The notes under the pieces were generated by a model that had not been told where the DNA came from, made no database searches, and was given only the letters and a program-made list of their open reading frames with translations. Made by a program: the position numbers and the translations under genes. DNA of 64,000 nt from a virus (lineage: Duplodnaviria; Caudoviricetes), in IMG/VR virus record IMGVR_UViG_2751185632_000005, positions 1 to 64,000 of that record, one strand, 5' to 3'. Shown here in pieces: positions 9,628 through 19,620 of the stretch (positions are counted from its first letter, which is position 1; each line of letters starts with the position of its first letter).

Positions 9628-9734
9628 TGGTGGGTTCCAATTTAAGTTCTACTGGAGAATATAGAAATTGCCCTGATTCACATACCAACAATTGAGAGTT
9701 AAACTGCGTAATAATTCCAATCCTACGGGGGCTG

Positions 9735-10964
9735 ATGGGCCATTCAAAGATACCACTTTTTGCGTTTGTTGACGAAACGGGCAATACTGGTCACAATTTA
9801 TTCGACGACACGCAACCTGATTTCTTTACTGCATCGCTAATTACAAAGGGCGATTTCGATGCAGTGTGTGGCGCGCAGGTATCGGCTCTTGCGCAGAGAT
9901 TTCAGAGCAATTCGCTTCACGCACAAAACCTTGGCATCGGGCGCTTGGAGATTCTTTCAGAGGACTTTGCCAGCATTCTTGTGCGGTCACAGGCAAGATT
10001 TTTCGTATCGCGCGTCGAGAAGAAGTATCTACTGTGTACGAAGATATTTGACGCCATCTTTGATTCCGGAGAAAATGCTGCGGTCGCATGGCATCATTAC
10101 AATCTGCGCCCGATGCGGCTAATTCTTGCATTTAAGCTTGCCTCAACGGTCGATATGGATACTGCAAAGCTTTTCTGGCGGTCTATCCTTGAACCAAAAG
10201 AGGAAAAAGCAATCGCAATGCTGCCGAGTGTTTGTGATGGATTGCTTGCAAATTTAGATCGGGTGCCAGACGCAAGATCAAGAGAAATACTCGGAGATGG
10301 GTTGAGGTGGGCGAGGGAGCACCCCGAGACAATCCAGATTCACACCGACCGCAAGTCAACTAGACAAGGCCATCTACCGAACCTAGTTGCGTTCGCCAAT
10401 CTGCTTGACGGACTTGAGAAGATTTCCAGTGAAAGTAAAAGACGCGTCGCAAAAATCAGACATGACCAACAGAGTGAATTTGGAAAAACACTCGCTGCGT
10501 GGCACGAGATGTTCTCGACAGCTGCACCGGATGAATTGAAATGGGCAGGAGAAACTTATCGCTTCCAAAAAGTCGTTGGCAGCGAATTTGAAATTTCCGA
10601 GGATTCCAATAGCCCTGGAATTCAGGTCGCAGATGTTGTGCTGTGGCTCTACAGCCAATTCAGAAAAGGCAGACAACTTCCTCCAGGATGCATGAAAGTG
10701 ATTGGGTACGTTTTATCAAATGGATGGGAAAATGATTTTTCTTTTTCAGGCGTAGAACGCGAAGCGATGAACCGTTTCGGCCCCATGTTGACGACGCCTC
10801 TTACTGAGAAGCAAGAGGTTTCGGCTCGTCAAGCACTAAAAGAGCTTGAGAAGGCAAGGCTTTCGTCAATGGAGAAATATAAATTGGATCACCTGCCTCC
10901 TTTTATGAGGGGAAAGTCATTGTCTTTGCCAGATTCAGGCAGCGCACCTGAGATCGGAGATTGA
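9735..10964 (+). CDS. DUF3800-family (RNase H-like) protein, putative defence cargo
   Basis: N-terminal FVDETGN, C-terminal GIQVAD; low GC; inverted relative to island core. Confidence 0.75.
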   Translation: MGHSKIPLFAFVDETGNTGHNLFDDTQPDFFTASLITKGDFDAVCGAQVSALAQRFQSNSLHAQNLGIGRLEILSEDFASILVRSQARFFVSRVEKKYLLCTKIFDAIFDSGENAAVAWHHYNLRPMRLILAFKLASTVDMDTAKLFWRSILEPKEEKAIAMLPSVCDGLLANLDRVPDARSREILGDGLRWAREHPETIQIHTDRKSTRQGHLPNLVAFANLLDGLEKISSESKRRVAKIRHDQQSEFGKTLAAWHEMFSTAAPDELKWAGETYRFQKVVGSEFEISEDSNSPGIQVADVVLWLYSQFRKGRQLPPGCMKVIGYVLSNGWENDFSFSGVEREAMNRFGPMLTTPLTEKQEVSARQALKELEKARLSSMEKYKLDHLPPFMRGKSLSLPDSGSAPEIGD

Positions 10965-11679
10965 ACAGTACCTTCAGATCTTGAGCTTCATTGGTTTTTC
11001 CTAACAATTTTCCTTAGAAGTGATCGAGAAACGTCATTAAGGATGGGCCGTGAGGCACACGGACGCCCCAGGACGCCGGTCTGTCCACCGATGGAAGTAG
11101 GTTGCTTTGCCCGAAAGGCCCTCCGGCGGCTGAACATCCGCCCCTTGTCGGTGCCTGGCCCTGTGCTTTCGGTGCCGCTGTCATCCATGCCCTTGCACCG
11201 GCTCGCCTTTTGGGCTTGCTCCACCCAATCACAAGTTCAATGCTCTGTCGCCTAGCACCCCCACGTCGGCTCTTACGCCTGCCGTCGATGCCTTCGGTGA
11301 TTTCGGCCTTGCTCGCCATCGCGACGCCGCCGTCGAGCGCCCTGCCGCTAACCTATGCGCCGCCGTGGCTCTGCCGGCATCGCCCTTGGCCGGCTGATTG
11401 GCTGCCTCGCACGCGCGAGGACTGCGTGGTCTGCGAGGCGCGCGCCTCCGGCACCGTCTTCCAAGCATTTGCCGCTGTATCTCGGTATATCTCGGAGCTC
11501 CGACACTTACCGGACAGTCTATACGCTGCCGCCGCTGCCCCTATGCCTTTCCCTATTCGATGATGATTTATATAGATAAGATACAACAGATACAGCAGAC
11601 GGAATTGCGCAGTCGGAACAGAGCGTTGCGGTGCGGTATCCCGACCTGGAAGATACCGCGCCACATGCAGCGCCGACGC

Positions 11680-13884
11680 TCAGAAGGTCGGGTCGACGGG
11701 CGAGACGTAGCCCGTACCCGACCTCTGACCGTCCCTGAGGTTGGTCTTGTGCCGCCAGCCGAGCTTGGCCATCAGCATCGAGACGCGCTTGGCGTCGTTC
11801 TGGTTGCGACGGCTGCACGGCACCTCTACCGCCTGCTCCAGCAGCTCCTCGGACAGGAACCGCGTCTTGTCGGGCCGGCACTCGACATAGGCGCGGAGCC
11901 TGTCGAGCCACGGGTCGTCGATCATGCGGTCGCCCTGCTTTTCCGCCGCGTCGGCCCAGAGGGTCTGCGGCAGCGCCAGGGTCTCGCCCGTCGCCTCCAG
12001 GCGGCTCGCCTCGGCCCAGAGCTGGTCGCGGTCCCGCTTCAGTGCTTCGAGATCGATGTCGCCGGTAGCCACTGGCAGGTAGCGCCGGTTGCCGGTGTGG
12101 TCGCGCAGGTAGGAGCCGCTGTTGGTGGTGCCGACGAAAACGCAGCGACGGGGATAGGTCTTCACCGTCTTGCCGTAGGGTGGGCGATAGCGGTCCTCAG
12201 TGCGGGTGACGAACGCCTTGAGGTGGTCGACCTCGGCCTTGTTCATGGCGGTGAGCTCGCCCAACTCCATGATCCAGACGCCGTGCAGCGCCGCCGCCGA
12301 GTCCTTGCCGTCGACGCGGCCAAGCTCGGCGTCGGAGTGCCAGTCGCGACCGAGGACTCGCAGCGCCGAGGTCTTCCCCGAGCCCTGCTTTCCCTCGATG
12401 ATCGGTACCATGTCGAACTTGGCGCCGGGGCAACGCATCCGCCTCACTGCCGCCAGCATCAGCTTGCGGCCGACCGCGCGCTCATAGGCGCCGTCCGCCG
12501 ATCCGAAGTAGGATGGAAACAGGCGGTCGACGCGGGGCACGCCGTCCCACGTCAGGCCGTCCAGGTACTCGACCACCGGGTTGAAGGTGTTCTTGGTGGC
12601 AAGGGCGAACAGGACGTCGGAGACATCCTCGCGCTTGGGCTCGAAGCCGAACTGCTCCATGATCCACTCGCGAATGATGCGGATCAGGTCGTCGTTGACC
12701 TCGCGGCCGATGTCGACAGTCCAGGGCAAGCGCTCGGCCCTAAGGCAATAGCGCTGCGCCAGCTCGTCGTAGCCGACTCCGAAACCGCCAGCCTCCACGG
12801 CGCGCTGGGTGTTGCGGTAGTTGGCGACGATGACGCCCTTCACCGTCATGAACGTCGGCTCGGCCTTCAATGCAGGCAGCGCGATGTCGTCGGGGAAATC
12901 CTCGCACGCGGGAGCGCGCAGCACCTCCTCGATGAGCCCGCCCTTGCCGGCGTCGGAGAGCGCCTTCAGGAGCGTGCCGAGCTTGACGCCGTTCGGCTTC
13001 ATAGCGAGCGAGCGCCACTTGCGGCGGATGACCTCCTCGTCGTCGGCGTAGGTGGGGTCGCCGAGCGACCAGGCGACGAACGGGTCGACGCCGGCCCCGC
13101 CCGTGCCGTAGTGCGCCGCCATCATGATCCGCATCCAGTCGTCGTGCCGGCGGTTGTAGGGGGCGACGTCGAGACCGGAGAGCAGCTTTTCCAATTGTTC
13201 GGGCGTGACATCGCCGTAGACGTCGCTCAATGCCGCCCCGGAAGGCCGCCGGATGGCCTCCAGCAGCGCCGTGGTCGCCTCGGGCGCTTCCGACAGAAAC
13301 AGAGCAAGCGCGTCGTCGTCGAGGCGGTACGGCTTGCCGTTCGGATGCACCGAGCCGGCCGCCACCACGAACCGCCCCGTTGTGGCGAACTCGACGCCGG
13401 GGTATTCCGGCAGGCCGTGGACGATCAAAACGTCAGCCGGCTTCCTCATGTAGAGGTGCCGACCGCCGCCGCCCGTCAGCACGAAGGGCGAGACCGGCAG
13501 GGCGAAGTCGGCGATCAGCCTTGCGAGCGGGTCATCGCCCTCGGCGAAGTTCCTCGGGTCGACGTCGATCACCAAGTCGATATCGCGCAGGCGAACGCCG
13601 ACGTTGGCGTCGGCCATCAAACGAGCCTTGGCCTTTTCGAGCGACAGGGGAACGGTACGCCGCCAACCCCGCTCGACCGGCCGCTTGCCGTCGATCGGGA
13701 TCAGGTCATGGCCGGCTGCGATGTGGGCCTTCAGGGCGTCGGGGTCGTGCTTCGACGGCGTTTCCGAGGCTGCCAGAGTGGCATCTTCAGTCTTGTCGAT
13801 GTCGAACTCGACGGTCTTCCCCAAGCTCATCGCGGGCGCGCCGATCCCCTCGGCGCGCCCTTCTTCATTGAGAAAATCGCTCAT
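11680..13884 (-). CDS. Prim-Pol primase / PriCT-2 / VirE (VapE) helicase fusion
   Basis: LVIDVD, TGGGGRHLY, DDWMRIM..FVAWS, Walker A GKQGSGKT, TGNRRY. Confidence 0.88.
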   Translation of the reverse strand: MSDFLNEEGRAEGIGAPAMSLGKTVEFDIDKTEDATLAASETPSKHDPDALKAHIAAGHDLIPIDGKRPVERGWRRTVPLSLEKAKARLMADANVGVRLRDIDLVIDVDPRNFAEGDDPLARLIADFALPVSPFVLTGGGGRHLYMRKPADVLIVHGLPEYPGVEFATTGRFVVAAGSVHPNGKPYRLDDDALALFLSEAPEATTALLEAIRRPSGAALSDVYGDVTPEQLEKLLSGLDVAPYNRRHDDWMRIMMAAHYGTGGAGVDPFVAWSLGDPTYADDEEVIRRKWRSLAMKPNGVKLGTLLKALSDAGKGGLIEEVLRAPACEDFPDDIALPALKAEPTFMTVKGVIVANYRNTQRAVEAGGFGVGYDELAQRYCLRAERLPWTVDIGREVNDDLIRIIREWIMEQFGFEPKREDVSDVLFALATKNTFNPVVEYLDGLTWDGVPRVDRLFPSYFGSADGAYERAVGRKLMLAAVRRMRCPGAKFDMVPIIEGKQGSGKTSALRVLGRDWHSDAELGRVDGKDSAAALHGVWIMELGELTAMNKAEVDHLKAFVTRTEDRYRPPYGKTVKTYPRRCVFVGTTNSGSYLRDHTGNRRYLPVATGDIDLEALKRDRDQLWAEASRLEATGETLALPQTLWADAAEKQGDRMIDDPWLDRLRAYVECRPDKTRFLSEELLEQAVEVPCSRRNQNDAKRVSMLMAKLGWRHKTNLRDGQRSGTGYVSPVDPTF

Positions 13885-14120
13885 CGACCGTCCTCCCCGA
13901 GCACAAAGGCGTTGAGGTCGTCGATGTGGTAGCGGACGATCTTGTCGTGGATGACGCGATAGCGCGGTCCCTGACCCCGCGCCCGCCATGAGCGGAGCGT
14001 ACCGGACGTGCAGGAGAGATAGGCTGCTGCCGTCTCGGTGTTGAGCCAAGGGCTGTTGGTTTCCTTGAGATGGCGGGTGAAGCTGTCACCGACCGTCTCG
14101 ATCTTCGGCGTGTCACGCAT
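13881..14120 (-). CDS. AlpA/HTH_17 excisionase-like protein
   Basis: WLNTETAAAYL..TLRSWRARGQGPRY..RYHIDDL. Confidence 0.85.
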   Translation of the reverse strand: MRDTPKIETVGDSFTRHLKETNSPWLNTETAAAYLSCTSGTLRSWRARGQGPRYRVIHDKIVRYHIDDLNAFVLGEDGR

Positions 14121-14389
14121 TGCATGGACCTCCATGCGGTCGACGGCAGAGCCGTCGAACCGGTTTCAGACAAAGGGTTTCTGTCTAAGGAGGACCGGGA
14201 TCGCCCCGGTCACGCGCTTCGCCGTGAGGCTCCTCGAAAAGCGCGCGTCGTCTAATCATCACGGATCGGCGTGCAGAGACATCAACGTTTACGGTCGCCC
14301 TTTATGGGAGACTTGACAGCGGCGATCTTCCCTCACGATGTGAGCCACATACAGTTCAAACGGGAATCTATGGGAGTCGTGAGCTTCAG

Positions 14390-14626
14390 ATGAGAGAATT
14401 CAGCCTAACGGAACCGGTCACTGTCTTCTGGCGGAATGACCTCGAGCGCCTGCAATATCGGCCTGAGTCTCATTATTTTGAGAGGGCCGAGGATGCTATA
14501 CGATGGATGTTCGAAGTTTTGACCGGCGATCAACGCTGGTCCGCTTACATGCGTCTTGAAAGCGAACACGAGCAAGTCCCCGCGTCATCTCTGGAAGAGC
14601 AGTACCGCCGAATTACATCGAGATAG
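14390..14626 (+). CDS. Hypothetical protein (counter-oriented moron)
   Basis: Lower GC, abuts convergent HTH gene. Confidence 0.5.
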   Translation: MREFSLTEPVTVFWRNDLERLQYRPESHYFERAEDAIRWMFEVLTGDQRWSAYMRLESEHEQVPASSLEEQYRRITSR

Positions 14627-15028
14627 TCAGTCGCCTTTTTCAATCGGACTCGGCAACGCTGGCCCGATCGCCACCTCCTTCACCTTGTCGCGCATCCATT
14701 TCGGCACCCGCCGCCGGCCGCCCCGCACGAAGGCATCGAGATCGTCGATGTGGTATCGAATGAATTGCTCGTTGACGAGGTAGAAGCGCGGGCCTTCTCC
14801 CCGTGACCTCCAGCCCTTGAGCGTGCCCGGCTCGCGCCGCAAGTAGGCGGCGGCGGCTTCGGTGTCGAACCAAGGCGTATAGCGGTGGGTTTCAAGAAGC
14901 CAACTGACCAGAAGCTCGACGTCATCGATGGTGACGGGTCCTTGCTTCCTTGGCGGCCGAGGCTTTTGGATCGGCACCGGCGAATGCGGCTTGGGCCGTG
15001 GAACGTTCGACTTAAGCGGCCGCGGCAT
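14627..15028 (-). CDS. Second AlpA/HTH_17 excisionase-like protein
   Basis: WFDTEAAAAYL..TLKGWRSRGEGPRF..RYHIDDL; overlaps integrase stop. Confidence 0.8.
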   Translation of the reverse strand: MPRPLKSNVPRPKPHSPVPIQKPRPPRKQGPVTIDDVELLVSWLLETHRYTPWFDTEAAAAYLRREPGTLKGWRSRGEGPRFYLVNEQFIRYHIDDLDAFVRGGRRRVPKWMRDKVKEVAIGPALPSPIEKGD

Positions 15029-16199
15029 CGTCGTCCTCCTCGTCGTCGTCTTCAAAGGCCGGCAGGATGAAGCCGGCCGTGCGGGCGGCGACGACCTTGT
15101 TTTCCAACGCCTGTGCGTGCGGCCGCAGGTGCTCGACGAGGTGTTCTGCGTGGACGTAGCCGCCGGACGCTCCGGGAAGGCGCTGGCCGAGCAGGAGCGC
15201 GCTCTCGGCATAGGGCACGCCGGCCGCGATGAAGAGGGTGCGGGCGTGGTGCCGGTACTCGTGCGGGCTCGGCAGGCCGCGCCGCTTCTCCTTGGGCTCG
15301 GTGGTGCAGCCGGTGCCGCTCTGAGGCGACGGCCAGAGCCAAGGATTGTTGAGGGGCCGGTCGGCGCGCATCCGTTCCTCGACCATGGCCGCGAGAAAAT
15401 CGCCCATGGGAAAGAGCATCTGGCCGCCCGTCTTCATGTGGGTGAAGCGCAGGAGCTTGCGGTCGAGATCGACGTCGGCCCGCTTCAGGTTGAGGATGGA
15501 GGCACGCCGGGCTCCGGTCAGCATCATGGCGCGGTGGAGGTCTCGCCGGATCGGTGGAAGCTCCTCCGTCGTCTCCCACCATTCCGAAAGGTCAAGCGCC
15601 TCGACCTGACGGTCGGGCGGCATCGGCAGGCGCAGGGCGCAAACCGGATTGTCGGTGAGCGTCTCGTCCATGCGCATGGCAGTATTGATGATGGCGCGAA
15701 GGACGCGCATGACGCCGGTCGCCGTGGTCTGGCCGCATCCGGTGCGGAGCTTCTCATAGATCTCTCGAACCAGGGGGCGGCTGAGATCGACGATCGGCCG
15801 GTTCCTGTGGCGGGCGAGATAGTGATCGACGTTGTACCGATAGCTGTCCTCGGTGGCCTTGCGGAACGGGCGTTCGCCGAGGTGGGTTTCCAGCGCTTCG
15901 GCGATGGTGATGGTGCTTTCCCTCGGCTTGACCGTGGGATCGACGCCGGATTGGATCTGCGACATCAGTTCGCGGGCGCGGTTGCGGGCCTCCTTCAGGC
16001 TGATGCGGTCCGCCCGGTCGATCTTCACCCGGACGGTTCGGACGTGGCGACCGTTTCTGCGGACGTCGCCTTGCACGGAGTAGGTTTTTGTGGTGGCATG
16101 GCAGATGATCATCAGGCCCTTGACCTGCTGGTCTCGCCAGATGCCGGAGCCGAGGGGGAGTTCCCGGATGCGGGACTCCGTGAGATTGAGGGAAGCCAT
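15012..16199 (-). CDS. int: Tyrosine integrase (P4-like, arm-binding N-terminus)
   Basis: LTGARR, HEYRH, LLGQ, GGYVH; adjacent to attR. Confidence 0.9.
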   Translation of the reverse strand: MASLNLTESRIRELPLGSGIWRDQQVKGLMIICHATTKTYSVQGDVRRNGRHVRTVRVKIDRADRISLKEARNRARELMSQIQSGVDPTVKPRESTITIAEALETHLGERPFRKATEDSYRYNVDHYLARHRNRPIVDLSRPLVREIYEKLRTGCGQTTATGVMRVLRAIINTAMRMDETLTDNPVCALRLPMPPDRQVEALDLSEWWETTEELPPIRRDLHRAMMLTGARRASILNLKRADVDLDRKLLRFTHMKTGGQMLFPMGDFLAAMVEERMRADRPLNNPWLWPSPQSGTGCTTEPKEKRRGLPSPHEYRHHARTLFIAAGVPYAESALLLGQRLPGASGGYVHAEHLVEHLRPHAQALENKVVAARTAGFILPAFEDDDEEDDDAAAA

Positions 16200-16345
16200 T
16201 CGATTATTTCCTTCGCGAACACCGGTCGGAGTACCGGATGCCGATCATCGAAAATCAGCATCCGTCGCTCATGATGTCGTGTAAGTGCCTGTTCGCGAAC
16301 CAATAATCAGCGCAGATCGATTCCAACGTACGGTTGATGAACACA

Positions 16346-16391
16346 TTTTGTAAACCGAAGGTCGGGAGTTCGATCCTCTCCGCCGGCACCA
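16346..16391 (+). repeat. attR: displaced 3' half of host tRNA-Thr
   Basis: Anticodon loop through CGCCGGC-ACCA, complementary to GCCGGCG at 933. Confidence 0.92.
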
Positions 16392-16430
16392 TTTCCGACC
16401 GGCCCCGCCCGGCCCCGAAAGCTTCCATCC

Positions 16431-16844
16431 TTATTGGCCGATCCACTGCGCCATGCCGATCGAGGCGGGCGCCGTTGGGACAAAGCCGTATTGCGCGTAG
16501 AGATGCCGTGCATCGCCATCGGCGATCAGGCTGACGTAGGCTTCGGCCGGGGCGATTTGCCGCAATTCCTGCATCAGCCGCGCGACGATCGCCTTGCCGA
16601 GGCCGCGCCCCTGATGGGCCGGCTCCACGGCGATATCAACGATCTGGTAGCAGAGCCCGTCGCCCATCGCCCGCCCCATGCCCACGACACGATCGCCCTG
16701 CCTGACCAGCACGCCCACCACCGTGTTCGGCAGTCCGGCCGCCGCCGCCGTCTCGCTGCGGGGCGTCAGGCCGGCATCCCGGCGCAGGCGGCAATAATCC
16801 TCGACCGAGGGCACCTCGACGCTCACCCTATACTCGTCCATCAT
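16431..16844 (-). CDS. GNAT N-acetyltransferase
   Basis: IVDIAVEPAHQGRGLGKAIV..LYAQYGF. Confidence 0.9.
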   Translation of the reverse strand: MMDEYRVSVEVPSVEDYCRLRRDAGLTPRSETAAAAGLPNTVVGVLVRQGDRVVGMGRAMGDGLCYQIVDIAVEPAHQGRGLGKAIVARLMQELRQIAPAEAYVSLIADGDARHLYAQYGFVPTAPASIGMAQWIGQ

Positions 16845-17027
16845 GTCGGCCCGTCTCCATCCGAAAGGCTGGACGATGGCCGCTTTCCGGCGGCTGTGCA
16901 ACGGAGCCAGCCGGCGGCAGCCTTGGACTGGAATATTTTTCCTTGATTTCGCCTGTCGGGAAGCCTTTCAAAGGTGTCGTTCCAGCCACCTGGAGTCCTT
17001 GGGCAAAGCAGCCGGGAGTGTTCTAGC

Positions 17028-18017
17028 GTGCATCGCGCCCTGTCCTTGATCCGGCGGCGGGCGGTCAGCGCCGTGCCGGTGCTGCTGATCGTTGTGGTTG
17101 CCACCTTCCTGCTGCTCGAAGCGGCGCCGGGCGACGCCGTCGACGCCTATCTCCTGTCGGCCGGCGGCGGCGACGCCGCGCTGGCCGCTTCGCTGCGTGC
17201 CCAATACGGCCTCGACCAGTCGCTGCTGTCCCGCCTCTGGCTCTACGTCACCGCTCTCGGCCGGCTCGATCTCGGCTGGTCGGTGGCCTTCGAACGGCCG
17301 GTCACCGACCTCATCCGCGAACGCCTGCCGGCGACGCTGCTGCTGATGGGCTTGGCGACGGCACTGTCCTTCGGCCTCGGCTCGCTCTTCGGCGTCGTCG
17401 CCGGCAGCCGTCCGGGCTCGTTCCGCGACCGGGCGCTGTCGATCGGCGCGCTGACGCTCTATGCCGTACCCGGCTTCTGGCTTGGCCTCGTGCTGGTGCT
17501 GGTGTTCTCGGTGGCGCTCAGGTGGTTGCCGATCGCCGGCCTCGAAACCATCGCCTCCGGTAAGCACGGCCTTGCCCGGGCCCTCGACATTGCCCGCCAT
17601 CTGGTGCTGCCGGTCGCCGCCCTCGGCTTCATCTATCTCGCCCTGTTCCTCAGGGTGATGCGCGCCTCGATGGCCGAGGTCTGGCGGCAGGACTTCGTGC
17701 TGGCGGCGCGCGCCAAGGGCCTCAGCCGCCGCCGCATCGTCTGGCGGCACGTGGTGCGGGCGGCGCTACTGCCGCTGATTACCGTGCTCGGCCTGCAATC
17801 GGCCAGCATGCTCGGCGGTTCGGTGGTGATCGAGAGCGTGTTCGCCATTCCCGGCTTCGGGCGGCTGGCGCAGGAGGCGGTGGCCGGCCGCGATGCGCCG
17901 CTGCTGATCGGCATCATCCTGACCTCGGCGGTGCTGGTGATCCTCGTCAACCTTCTGATCGACATCCTCTATGCCGTCCTTGATCCGCGCATCGGCGCCT
18001 CGGAGGCCTCGGCATGA
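17028..18017 (+). CDS. Peptide/nickel ABC transporter permease (DppB/OppB-like)
   Basis: PGDA, RLPATL, ARAKGLS EAA loop, PGFGRL. Confidence 0.92.
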   Translation: MHRALSLIRRRAVSAVPVLLIVVVATFLLLEAAPGDAVDAYLLSAGGGDAALAASLRAQYGLDQSLLSRLWLYVTALGRLDLGWSVAFERPVTDLIRERLPATLLLMGLATALSFGLGSLFGVVAGSRPGSFRDRALSIGALTLYAVPGFWLGLVLVLVFSVALRWLPIAGLETIASGKHGLARALDIARHLVLPVAALGFIYLALFLRVMRASMAEVWRQDFVLAARAKGLSRRRIVWRHVVRAALLPLITVLGLQSASMLGGSVVIESVFAIPGFGRLAQEAVAGRDAPLLIGIILTSAVLVILVNLLIDILYAVLDPRIGASEASA

Positions 18018-18841
18018 GCGTCATCCGCCGGCTGTTGTCGAGCCCTACCGGCGCCGTCGGCGTCGCCTTGCTCGCCGTCATCGCCGCCGCCGCGCTCGCC
18101 GCCCCATGGATCGCTCCCGGCGACCCTTTACGCATCGCCGGCCCGGCGCTGCTGCCGCCGTTCGTCGATCCGGCGCTGCCGCTCGGCACCGATCGGCTTG
18201 GCCGCGACGTGCTGGCCGGCCTGCTGCACGGCGCCCGCACCTCGCTGGTCGTCGGCATCGCGGCGGCGGCGGCAGCCGTCATCGTCGGCTCGCTGGTCGG
18301 CACCGTCGCCGGCTTTGCCGGCCGGCTGGTCGACGAAGCGCTGATGCGCGTCGTCGACGCCTTTCAGATCGTGCCGGGATTCCTGCTGGCGCTGGCCTTC
18401 GTGTCGGTGGCCGGCGGCTCGCTTCCCACCGTCATCCTGGCCATCGCGCTCAGCGCCTGGGCGCAGCCGGCCCGCCTCGTCCGCGCCGAGGTGCTTAGCA
18501 TCCGCGAGCGCGACTATGTCGCCGCCGCCCGCGTGCTCGGCATGCACCCCTTGGAGATCGCCTTCAAGGAGATCCTGCCCAACGCCCTGCCGCCGGTGCT
18601 GGCGCTCGCCGCGGTGATCGTCGCGGCGGCCATCCTCACCGAGGCGGCGCTGTCTTTCCTTGGCCTCGGCGACCCCAACGTCGTCACTTGGGGCTCGATG
18701 ATATCGGAGGGCCGCAACGTGTTGCGCTCCGCACCCTTCCTGTCGGTGATCCCCGGCATCGGCCTCGTCGCCACGGTGCTCGGCGTCTATCTGGTCAGCG
18801 AGGCGGCCGGCGAGGCGCTCGGTCGGGGAGGGCGGCCATGA
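18014..18841 (+). CDS. Peptide/nickel ABC transporter permease (DppC/OppC-like)
   Basis: LGTDRLGRD, EAALSFLGLG. Confidence 0.92.
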   Translation: MSVIRRLLSSPTGAVGVALLAVIAAAALAAPWIAPGDPLRIAGPALLPPFVDPALPLGTDRLGRDVLAGLLHGARTSLVVGIAAAAAAVIVGSLVGTVAGFAGRLVDEALMRVVDAFQIVPGFLLALAFVSVAGGSLPTVILAIALSAWAQPARLVRAEVLSIRERDYVAAARVLGMHPLEIAFKEILPNALPPVLALAAVIVAAAILTEAALSFLGLGDPNVVTWGSMISEGRNVLRSAPFLSVIPGIGLVATVLGVYLVSEAAGEALGRGGRP

Positions 18842-19620
18842 CCGCGCTCGCCGAGATCGCCGGTCTTTCGGTGCGCTACCCCGGCGCCGCCGCGCTGGCA
18901 CTCGCCGATCTATCACTGGAGATCGAGGCCGGCGAAATCCTCGCCATCATCGGCGAGAGCGGCTCCGGCAAGTCGACCTTCGCCCGCGCGCTGATCGGCC
19001 TGCTGCCCGAACGGACGGAAATATCCGGCCACATCGACTGGCCGGGCCTCGGCGAGGCGCCGCGCGCCGGTCGCGACATCGGCTGCGTCTTCCAGGATCC
19101 CGGATCGAGCCTCAATCCGGTGCTGCGCATTGGCGAGCAGGTGGGCGAGGGCGCCCGCCGCCATCTCGGCCTCGACCGCCGCGCCGCCGACGCCGAGGCC
19201 GTCCGGCTGATCGGCCGCGTCCGCCTGCCGGAGCCCGAGCGCATCGCCCGCGCCTTTCCGCACCAGCTCTCCGGCGGCCAGCGGCAGCGGGTGGCCATCG
19301 CCGCCGCCATCGCCGCCCGGCCGCGCCTGCTGGTCGCCGACGAGGTGACGTCGGCGCTCGACGTGGTGGTGCAGGCGGCCATCGTCGATCTGCTGGTGGA
19401 ACTGGTGCGTGCCGACGGCATGACGCTGGTGTTCGTGACGCACGATCTGGCGCTCGCTTCCGGCATCGCCGACCGCATCGCCGTGATGGCCGCTGGCCGG
19501 CTGGTCGAACTGGGGGCGGCCGCCGAGGTGGTCGCCGCGCCGAAGGCCGCCGCCACTGCGGCGCTGGTCGCCGCACATATCGACCTGGCGACACCGCCGC
19601 TCATCGGAGGCGTGCCATGA
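18838..19620 (+). CDS. ABC transporter ATP-binding protein (DppD-like)
   Basis: [24 protein letters not shown]. Confidence 0.92.
   Translation: MTALAEIAGLSVRYPGAAALALADLSLEIEAGEILAIIGESGSGKSTFARALIGLLPERTEISGHIDWPGLGEAPRAGRDIGCVFQDPGSSLNPVLRIGEQVGEGARRHLGLDRRAADAEAVRLIGRVRLPEPERIARAFPHQLSGGQRQRVAIAAAIAARPRLLVADEVTSALDVVVQAAIVDLLVELVRADGMTLVFVTHDLALASGIADRIAVMAAGRLVELGAAAEVVAAPKAAATAALVAAHIDLATPPLIGGVP

Noticed and set aside
11100-11135. cos-like site in the island (GGGCCTTTC on minus strand)
   Set aside because: No cosN-like 12-mer or flanking symmetry at the expected spacing.
11398-13932. 844-aa plus-strand ORF, and similar long ORFs at 14928-16274, 38294-39982, 45566-46591, 51469-52509
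   Set aside because: Antisense shadows of motif-bearing genes; expected from high-GC codon bias; no recognisable motifs.
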